From Synechococcus sp. (lineage in GTDB: Bacteria; Cyanobacteriota; Cyanobacteriia; Thermostichales; PCC-7336), in the NCBI GenBank assembly GCA_051439605.1, contig JBFRWN010000140.1, forward strand, positions 1 to 20,587: 20,587 nucleotides of DNA, given 5' to 3'. The notes under the pieces were generated by a model that made no database searches, was not told the DNA's origin, and saw only the letters and a program-made list of their open reading frames with translations. The position numbers and the translations under genes are program-made. Of the stretch, positions 13,892-20,587 are shown piece after piece (positions within the stretch are counted from its first letter, which is position 1; every line of letters starts with the position of its first letter).

Positions 13892-15235
13892 ATGACCACC
13901 AACATTCAGGAACTCGCCAGTCAAGCACGCAGCATCGCCAGCAGGCTAGGCATCTCGAAGTTCGACATCTCCGGATCGTCTGTGGACGAAAACAGCGTTC
14001 AAATCGATCGCGGCGAACCCAAGCAAGTCAAAGCATCCAACCGAGCTAGCTTTACCGTGCGCGTCTGGAGCAAGGACAACACCGTCGGCATCACCTCCAC
14101 CACAGATACGGATGCCACTGGTCTAGAGCTAGCTCTGAAGACCGCGGCCGAAGCCAGCGCCTTTGGGGTGAAAGACCATGCTCCAGACTTTAGCCCCGAG
14201 TCAACTGCCCCCCTGCCGGACTTCGACAACAGCTACGTTGACCAAGCCCCTGTGGCCAGCCTGCTTGATGCGCTCAAGGGTGCAGAAAGTAAGTTGCTGG
14301 AAAGCCATCCGGCCATCGCGGCTGTGCCCTACAACGGCTTATCTCAGCGAGACATCGAGAGATTTTACATCAACAGCGACGGAGCCGAGCGGTATGAGGC
14401 GGGTTCCTATGCATCTATTTACCTCTACAGCAAAACCGAGCAGGAGGGGAAAAAGCCACGCAGCGCCGGTGCATTCCGGGTCGATCGCGGCATGGAGAAT
14501 CTAGATATCGAAGGCTGTATCAAGGAAACTGCCGACAAAACTATCAGCCATCTCGATTACAAGAAAATTCCTAGCGGCAAGTACACCGTTGTCCTGTCTC
14601 CTGAAGCGTTCCTGAGCCTGTTTGGGGCTTTCTCCAATATCTTTAATGCCCAAAGCATTCTAGACAATCGCAGCCTGTCGACTCCCGAGTCGTTGGGCAC
14701 GACAATTGCGTCCCCGCTCCTGTCCGTTGCCGATGACGAGCTCCACGAGGGCAATATTTCTCCCAGCCATTTCGATGGAGAAGGCACCCCCACCCGGCGC
14801 CTTCCACTCATTACGGAGGGAGTATTGAGCAATTTCATGCACAGTGCTGGCACCGCCAAGCGCATGAATGCCCAACCTACTGGCCATGCCAACCTGGGAG
14901 CCAAAGTCACTGTCAGCGGCAACTACACCCACGTCTTTCCAGGGGCACCCTCCGAGCAGGAATACAGCATTGAAACTGCTGACAACGTGGTCTGGATCGA
15001 CGAAGTTAAAGCGTTACATGCTGGGGTCAACGCCTTGGAAGGCTCGTTTTCGCTTCCCTTTGACGGGTGGATTATCAAGCAAGGGAAACCAGTCAGCATT
15101 GAATCGGGCACGGTAGCTGGCGATTTTCGCGAACTGCTGCAATCGATCGTGTACGTAGAAGAAGAGCCTGAAGTTACCCCTGGTGGCGTTTGCCCTCGCA
15201 TTTGGGTCAAAGAGCTATCGATTACCGGTGAGTAG
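13892..15235 (+). CDS. pmbA: TldE/PmbA-family protein
   Basis: 447 aa; FNAQSILDNRS, FDGEGTP, LHAGVNALEGSFSLPFDGW, TVAGDF. No HE..GH metal motif, so it is the non-catalytic PmbA-type subunit. Confidence 0.88.
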   Translation: MTTNIQELASQARSIASRLGISKFDISGSSVDENSVQIDRGEPKQVKASNRASFTVRVWSKDNTVGITSTTDTDATGLELALKTAAEASAFGVKDHAPDFSPESTAPLPDFDNSYVDQAPVASLLDALKGAESKLLESHPAIAAVPYNGLSQRDIERFYINSDGAERYEAGSYASIYLYSKTEQEGKKPRSAGAFRVDRGMENLDIEGCIKETADKTISHLDYKKIPSGKYTVVLSPEAFLSLFGAFSNIFNAQSILDNRSLSTPESLGTTIASPLLSVADDELHEGNISPSHFDGEGTPTRRLPLITEGVLSNFMHSAGTAKRMNAQPTGHANLGAKVTVSGNYTHVFPGAPSEQEYSIETADNVVWIDEVKALHAGVNALEGSFSLPFDGWIIKQGKPVSIESGTVAGDFRELLQSIVYVEEEPEVTPGGVCPRIWVKELSITGE

Positions 15236-15261
15236 CATTGACCTGAGGCATTATGGCCTTT

Positions 15262-15346
15262 GACATTTTAGTTGGGACGTAAGTCTCTTTGCCCAGTCAT
15301 GGATTGGGATAACTAAAATGTCCCAAGCGACCTGACGGTCGCTATA
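15262..15346. repeat. Palindromic three-way-junction element plus copy 2 of the 29-nt repeat
   Basis: GACATTTTAGTT (15262-15273) / AACTAAAATGTC (15311-15322) form a perfect 12-bp IR enclosing the hairpins GGGAC-GTAA-GTCTC and CCCAGTC-ATG-GATTGGG. Followed by AGCGACC-TGAC-GGTCGCT and ATA. Confidence 0.65.
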
Positions 15347-15392
15347 GAGCCAGGTTTGAAGAGATACGAGTGGAGTTGATTGACCTCACTTT

Positions 15393-16265
15393 TTACTGCC
15401 CGCTCTCGGCTGACTCAATCTTGCTCTGAGCATGCAGAAAGTTCAGGACGCGCTCGCGGGCATCGGCGGTAACAAGCGGATCGTAGTTGCCTGTAACGTC
15501 CCAATCCAAATCGAAGACGTGTTGGGCATCTTCGTACAGGTGGGCAATTGCCGTTCCTGCGAATGGATTGTTGCCCGAGCGAAGGTTAACCCGATCGGCG
15601 ATCGCCAGACAATCTGCAGGATCGGCAACCGTATCTTGTCCTGCCAGAAGCATTAATGCAGGCACCTGCGACGACCACCCCTTGCTTCTAGCCACCGATG
15701 GAAAGCCGCAATAGGGGTACATCAATACCACCCCTGCAATCTCGTTAACGTTCACCCCCGGCTTGTGGGTCAGGTTAGTCGGCAGCCGATTGGATGATGC
15801 AAGAGCCAGCAAATCGGCGATCGCCCAGCCCCCATGGGACCAGCCCATTAGAAATAGACGCTTGCGATCGACGAACGATAATTCTTGTGTCACCTGCAAG
15901 CTCGCCCACACATCTCCCGCCCGCTCGGAGCCCCAAAACTTCAACCCATTGCAAACCTCTTGCGTATCGAGCTGCGGACGACTGGCATAGCTATCCACCA
16001 GCACCATGGCATATCCACGTTCAGCCAGAAACTCTTGCCATCCGTGAGAACTGACGCCGCCACAACCATGGAAGCCTAGAACCGTCGGAAAGGGGCCATC
16101 ACCCTCTGGCTTGATAATGCGAAAACCCGATTGAAGCTGAGCTGCAAGCTGTTCCGGGACGACTTTCGGAACGTGCCAGCCACGCAAAACCCCAAATGCA
16201 GCCAAGCCCACTACAGTTGCTCCAGAGAATAAAAGCGTCCCAGTGACCTTAATCCAGCGATTCAT
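15393..16265 (-). CDS. Dienelactone-hydrolase-family alpha/beta hydrolase with N-terminal anchor
   Basis: GPFPTVLGFHGCGG, GWSHGG nucleophile elbow, YPYC, GQDTV (Asp), HVFD (His). Probable start ATG 16265 (MNRWIKV). Confidence 0.88.
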   Translation of the reverse strand: MNRWIKVTGTLLFSGATVVGLAAFGVLRGWHVPKVVPEQLAAQLQSGFRIIKPEGDGPFPTVLGFHGCGGVSSHGWQEFLAERGYAMVLVDSYASRPQLDTQEVCNGLKFWGSERAGDVWASLQVTQELSFVDRKRLFLMGWSHGGWAIADLLALASSNRLPTNLTHKPGVNVNEIAGVVLMYPYCGFPSVARSKGWSSQVPALMLLAGQDTVADPADCLAIADRVNLRSGNNPFAGTAIAHLYEDAQHVFDLDWDVTGNYDPLVTADARERVLNFLHAQSKIESAESGQ

Positions 16266-16530
16266 TTGCCCATCCGATTTTAGAAATTGAGCCCTACCCA
16301 AGAGTGATGCGCCTCGTCACAATGTAACGCGTTCCCATTGCGAACTTCTTCGAGATCCCACAGGAGCGAGAGCACATAGTCTCCCTTACTAATTTGCGTT
16401 GTTCCGCTCTCATTCCCCTCAGAATGGCTGGACTAGGAATGTAATCTGCAACATCCTCAGCAGATCCAGACTGCATTTACAATCAAATCGGGATACTAAT
16501 CCCCATCGAGCAGAGCGAGCAAAACAGGGA

Positions 16531-17763
16531 ATGCAAACAATCGACCCCCCGAAAACCTGCCTTAACCCCAGTCAGGCCAGCTTAGAACTCACCTATCCCC
16601 GTCGCGAAACCCGCCCCGTACCCATTGGCGATGTCGTAGTGGGTGGCGGTTATCCGGTTGTGGTGCAATCCATGATTAACGAAGACACCAAAGACATCGA
16701 TGGGGCGGTAGCGGCCATCCGTCGCTTGCACGAGCTGGGATGCGAAGTGGTGCGGGTCACCGTTCCCAGCGTGGGTCACGCCAAAGCAGTCGGGGAAATC
16801 CGCCAAAAGCTGTATTCAACCTACAAGCCAGTTCCCCTGGTGGCCGACGTCCACCACAACGGCATGAAAATTGCCCTTGAAGTGGCCAAACATGTCGATA
16901 ACGTTCGCATCAACCCTGGCCTCTACGTCTTCGAACAAACCAAAGACACCGACGAAGAATATTCCCAAGCGGAATTTGATCGCGTCAAGCATAAAATCCG
17001 CGAAACTCTGGAACCCCTTGTGGTTTCCCTACGAGATCAAGGTAAGTCCATGCGCATTGGCGTCAACCACGGTTCTTTAGCCGAGCGCATGCTGTTCACC
17101 TACGGTGACACTCCTGAAGGCATGGTGGAGTCTGCCCTAGAGTTTATCGAAATCTGCAACGAGCTCGATTTCCACAACATCACACTTTCCTTCAAAGCCT
17201 CCCGCGTACCAGTGATGATTGCCGCCTATCGCCTAGCCGCCAAGCGTCTGGATGAGCTAGGCTACAATTTCCCCTTCCACCTGGGTGTGACAGAAGCTGG
17301 AGATGGCGAATACGGTCGAATTAAGTCCACGGCAGGCATCGGCACCCTGTTAGCCGAAGGAATTGGCGACACTATCCGCGTATCTCTCACCGAAGCTCCA
17401 GAAAAAGAAATTCCCGTCTGCTACAGCATTTTGCAAGCGCTGGGTCTGCGTAAGACCATGGTAGAGTACGTGGCCTGCCCGTCCTGCGGCCGCACTCTGT
17501 TTAACCTCGAGACCGTGTTAAACCAAGTACGCGATGCCACCAAACACCTTACTGGGCTGGATATTGCCGTCATGGGATGTATCGTGAATGGCCCCGGCGA
17601 AATGGCGGATGCTGATTACGGTTACGTGGGTAAAACTCCTGGAACCATTGCCCTCTATCGCGGTCGCGAGGAAGTCAAGCGGGTGCCAGAGCACTCCGGA
17701 GTTGAAGCATTGATCGACCTTATTAAGGCTGACGGTCGCTGGGTGGACCCCCCTGCCACTTAA
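16531..17763 (+). CDS. ispG: 4-hydroxy-3-methylbut-2-enyl diphosphate synthase (MEP pathway)
   Basis: [71 protein letters not shown] ([4Fe-4S] ligands). Start ATG 16531. Confidence 0.97.
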   Translation: MQTIDPPKTCLNPSQASLELTYPRRETRPVPIGDVVVGGGYPVVVQSMINEDTKDIDGAVAAIRRLHELGCEVVRVTVPSVGHAKAVGEIRQKLYSTYKPVPLVADVHHNGMKIALEVAKHVDNVRINPGLYVFEQTKDTDEEYSQAEFDRVKHKIRETLEPLVVSLRDQGKSMRIGVNHGSLAERMLFTYGDTPEGMVESALEFIEICNELDFHNITLSFKASRVPVMIAAYRLAAKRLDELGYNFPFHLGVTEAGDGEYGRIKSTAGIGTLLAEGIGDTIRVSLTEAPEKEIPVCYSILQALGLRKTMVEYVACPSCGRTLFNLETVLNQVRDATKHLTGLDIAVMGCIVNGPGEMADADYGYVGKTPGTIALYRGREEVKRVPEHSGVEALIDLIKADGRWVDPPAT

Positions 17764-17855
17764 TTGTCGGTTCAACCATTCATTCGTCAAGCAAGCTCGG
17801 GTTGTTTTCGACTGTCCGTTCTCAATCTGAGCTGACTGATTGGAAGCACCCTCGT

Positions 17856-18455
17856 ATGAATGTCCGCCAGCCAGCCACACCTCAGCCTTCACCCAATGAA
17901 GTACAACGCTTGCAATCGTTACTGCCTCAGGAATTGAGGAGTTGGGTGGATATTGGCATCACTGGAGCCTACAAACCAGAGTTGATTTCTTGTGAGGGTG
18001 CCCCTGGAGATCGCATCACCATCGAAGTCGACCTTGCTCGCTGGCAAGAACTTCCCCATCACCATCGAGATCTGCTGTTCCTACACCAGGTGGCCTGCAT
18101 CCAAAATGACTCCGTCCAACGGGAAGGGTGGGAGAAGTCAGCTTTTTTGATGGGTTTGGGGGGAGCCATTGGCGAACTCTGGGTTCAGGATACGTGGCTA
18201 ATGGTGCTGTCGCTGGCTTTAGCAACGGTGGCAGGATTGCGCCTGTGGAGAAAAAGCCACAGCCGTCAAGCGGTTCGAGCCATGTATGCCGCCGATCGCA
18301 AGGCCATCACCCTAGCGATTCGGTTAGGCTATCCTCCGGCAGTAGCTCATCAGAGTTTGCTGGCTGCGCTACAGGAACAGTGCAATCAAGCCCAGAACTC
18401 TGAACTGAAAACTCAGTATCGCGCCCGCGCATCAGCATTGCGCCACTGGCGCTAA
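17856..18455 (+). CDS. DUF3318-family membrane protein
   Basis: EVQRLQSLLP.ELRSWV, RDLLFLHQVACIQ, GWE...GLGGAIGELWVQD, two TM helices, AAD..AI..A...GY. Start probably ATG 17856. Confidence 0.78.
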   Translation: MNVRQPATPQPSPNEVQRLQSLLPQELRSWVDIGITGAYKPELISCEGAPGDRITIEVDLARWQELPHHHRDLLFLHQVACIQNDSVQREGWEKSAFLMGLGGAIGELWVQDTWLMVLSLALATVAGLRLWRKSHSRQAVRAMYAADRKAITLAIRLGYPPAVAHQSLLAALQEQCNQAQNSELKTQYRARASALRHWR

Positions 18456-18496
18456 TACAGCCTGAGAAGGGTAACATCAACCAACAGCACCCCTAC

Positions 18497-18536
18497 AAGA
18501 TGGCGCGCTGTTAAGATGGCTCACTGTTAAAATGGC
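18497..18536 (+). repeat. 16-bp tandem repeat (2.5 copies) containing extended -10-like motifs
   Basis: AAGATGGCGCGCTGTT / AAGATGGCTCACTGTT / AAAATGGC. Confidence 0.6.
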
Positions 18537-18734
18537 AACGTAGCGGAGTGTGGTCGTAAGAGAGATTCGGTTAGCTTCTTTTTCGGTAAAATTGCGCCGA
18601 TTGAGGTTGACGTTTATCTCTCAAGAGAAGGGCGAGCTGGCGTCACCACCCAAACCCAGGCTAACCAATCCAGTTCTCAAAGCCCCGATCGGCTTGATTC
18701 TGGCCGAGCTGACCCACTCCATCGGGAGACCCTA

Positions 18735-19646
18735 ATGCTAGACACCACCAATCCCATGTTCTTAATGGGTGCACTTGTGGCGATCGCCAGTGCAGGCTTC
18801 TTTTCCCTGCGCTACTTTCGCCCAACTGCCTCGCGAGAATACGATGTTGTGTTTGCGATCGTGGGATTTATCTACGCAGTCACATTAATGTGGGAGGGCT
18901 GGCGGCTCATTCCCCTGCTCGCCTTTGCGCAACTATTACTGGTAGGTAGCGCTACATTTTTTGCGGTGGAGTCTTTCCGACTGCGACTACAGCTGACCGA
19001 AAGGGCACGTCAGACTGTGGGTGGTCCTGGACCCAGCAGACGCGGTCCAAGGGGGTTCACAAAAACCTATCGCCCAGATGAATATGACTCCCGCCGCACA
19101 GTGGAGGCTCGCAGCACCCGCAGTCGAATGAGAAAAGCAGGCGAGGATGACGAATCCCCCCGCCGTCGCAAGTTGCGATCGGCCAACGGGTTACGCCCAC
19201 GACTCGCAAGCGGGACTGAGGCTCGTCGAACCAGCCGTCGACCCCGTCCAACTCGACCACCCCGCGATGAGTTTGATGGCGAGTTCGATGATCAAAACGA
19301 GCGGTATGGTGACGAGCGCCGATCTGATAACTTTCCCAAGTCAAGACGACCCAGTGGACGTCCTAGCCGCGTTCGACCCTCGCGAGGCAACATCAATACC
19401 ATCGACGACGAATTTTTCTCCGATCGAGATGACAGCGAGGATAGGTACGAACGTGATGACTACTCTTCTAATGCAGCTTTCGACGACGATAGCTTCCCGG
19501 ACGAGCCTCGCATTTCCCGTCGTCCTGCCCCTAGCAATCGCCCATCATCTCGTCGACGTCCTCCACAAATACCGGACGATATGTTCGATGACAATCTAGA
19601 TGACTTCGATAGCGAGTTGGACGATGGTTTTGAGGATGATTACTAG
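18735..19646 (+). CDS. ycf66: Ycf66-family protein (N-terminal membrane domain, R/D-rich disordered tail)
   Basis: LRYFRP...REYDVVFA.VG......L.WEGWRL.PLL.FAQLLL.G...FFAVES.RLR is the Ycf66 N-terminal domain, followed by a long Arg/Asp/Pro low-complexity tail. Confidence 0.88.
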   Translation: MLDTTNPMFLMGALVAIASAGFFSLRYFRPTASREYDVVFAIVGFIYAVTLMWEGWRLIPLLAFAQLLLVGSATFFAVESFRLRLQLTERARQTVGGPGPSRRGPRGFTKTYRPDEYDSRRTVEARSTRSRMRKAGEDDESPRRRKLRSANGLRPRLASGTEARRTSRRPRPTRPPRDEFDGEFDDQNERYGDERRSDNFPKSRRPSGRPSRVRPSRGNINTIDDEFFSDRDDSEDRYERDDYSSNAAFDDDSFPDEPRISRRPAPSNRPSSRRRPPQIPDDMFDDNLDDFDSELDDGFEDDY

Positions 19647-20418
19647 CCTCCTCCTATATAGCAGCTCTCTCATAATCAGGGGGAATCCAGATTTCAAGGA
19701 CTCTGTATTCTCTTTTTGAGGCAAAGTTCGGTAGAAAGCTGTCCGGCTGCAGAGGCGAGTTCACTGTGGCAACTATCACTGAGCCCATCTATTACTACCC
19801 CGACTAATCTGACAACAGGTATGCAAAGTCAGTCTCATTAACTACGAGACACAAGCATGCAGAATTGTGAGTTGGGCTAGCAAACTCTAGGCCTATGTGG
19901 TTGCTTTGAACTGCCGAAATAAAATCAACACTTGACAGGGTACGGATAGATATCTCTAACCACTATTCCATCAAATAAGTGCCCAAGCGAAATTTGAGCC
20001 TTTCAGCTTTCTAGTCAAAAGCTGAACATCCTAATATCAATTGCATATGACCCTGAGCATAACTGTCTGAACAAATTCCTTGGACAGCAAGGGGTTGAGA
20101 GTAGAATCGGCAAATCATTAAGCTCGCCATCTTGATGAGTTGGTATCAGGGCTGTTTCATTCTAATTAGAGACATTCTGTGCATTTACGAGAATAGGTTG
20201 TTTCAGCTCTCCACTAAGCTATAGGTAGAGGCACGAACGCCCTAAAACTTGTTGCTCAAATCTATAATGAAATGACTCTGGAGTTGGTATAAGCTCCAAG
20301 CTAGAGAACCAGTCCACAGCTTCAAGTCAATTGTCTAACCCGCAAACATTAACAATTTCAGCAGAAGGGTCTTTCAAATCTTGATGACGGTTTTCATATC
20401 AGCAGCCCAAAAATTACT

Positions 20419-20587
20419 GGTAGTCCTAGACAAGTAAGGATGCGTTGTAGTTGTGGACAAACATCCAGATAGCTCCGATATGATTCTCGAGCTTTTTGGA
20501 AAAGGAGAGGGTTTTGCGTACCAAGCGTGAAACTCGCTGGCGCATCGTACAGTTGAACCGCTCGATATAACTGGTTTTGCCAGTTTC
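20419..20587 (-). mobile_element. IS1-family insertion sequence, right end (element runs off the window)
   Basis: Terminal IR begins GGTAGTCCTAGACAAGTAAGG at 20419 (IS1-like GGTA end) and overlaps the transposase stop codon. Confidence 0.85.
20426..20587 (-). CDS. IS1-family transposase (InsB-like DDE), C-terminal 53 aa, truncated by the window edge
   Basis: Hand translation: [58 protein letters not shown]...R.R..RL.RKT..FSK is the IS1 InsB signature. Confidence 0.9.
   Translation of the reverse strand, partial: ETGKTSYIERFNCTMRQRVSRLVRKTLSFSKKLENHIGAIWMFVHNYNASLLV

Larger units (their letters stand above)
446..18787. repeat. HIP1 octamers (GCGATCGC), at least 15 dispersed copies
   Basis: Seen at 446, 1011, 4040, 4327, 5732, 6725, 7280, 7781, 9793, 11088, 12251, 13496, 15598, 15817 and 18780; under one copy would be expected by chance in 20 kb. 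Confidence 0.93.

Noticed and set aside
18550..18735. 61-aa ORF whose stop overlaps the ycf66 start (TAATG)
   Set aside because: GTG start, no recognisable family, and more simply the 5' leader of ycf66; it cannot be excluded without Ribo-seq.
19057..19599. Alternative-frame ORFs and repetitive GACGAT-like sequence in ycf66
   Set aside because: By-products of the low-complexity Asp/Arg-rich tail, not a repeat array.
1..20587. CRISPR array, tRNA or rRNA genes
   Set aside because: No regularly spaced repeats with unique spacers, and no cloverleaf/T-loop or rRNA signatures were found by eye.

Overview
Cyanobacterial chromosomal window (at least 15 perfect HIP1 GCGATCGC sites; petC-petA, ycf66, DUF3067, DUF3318). 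It is mostly housekeeping genes: an OB-fold protein, a Cys-motif hypothetical protein, an SH3 protein, cobD, an SphR/PhoB-like regulator, a YyaL-like thioredoxin-domain protein, a REC-GGDEF diguanylate cyclase, petCA, cydAB, pmbA/tldE, a dienelactone-hydrolase-like protein, ispG and ycf66. The window ends in an ORF-poor segment and the right end of an IS1-family element. The richest stretch is 1290-2207. There, a promoter overlapped by a perfect NtcA box is followed by a glutamine (glnA-type) riboswitch with a visible anti-SD helix and two tandem ~55-aa DUF4278-like microproteins; the first is absent from the ORF track. The spacer between them is almost fully structured and may hold a decayed or repurposed second riboswitch. 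Other points of note: a probable 6S RNA (~2951-3136), Cys in place of the heme-ligand Glu in CydA, a translationally coupled 36-aa Cys-rich ORF between cydA and cydB, an insertion in cytochrome f, and a dispersed 29-nt repeat next to a three-way-junction element. All calls come from reading the sequence by eye; no searches were run.
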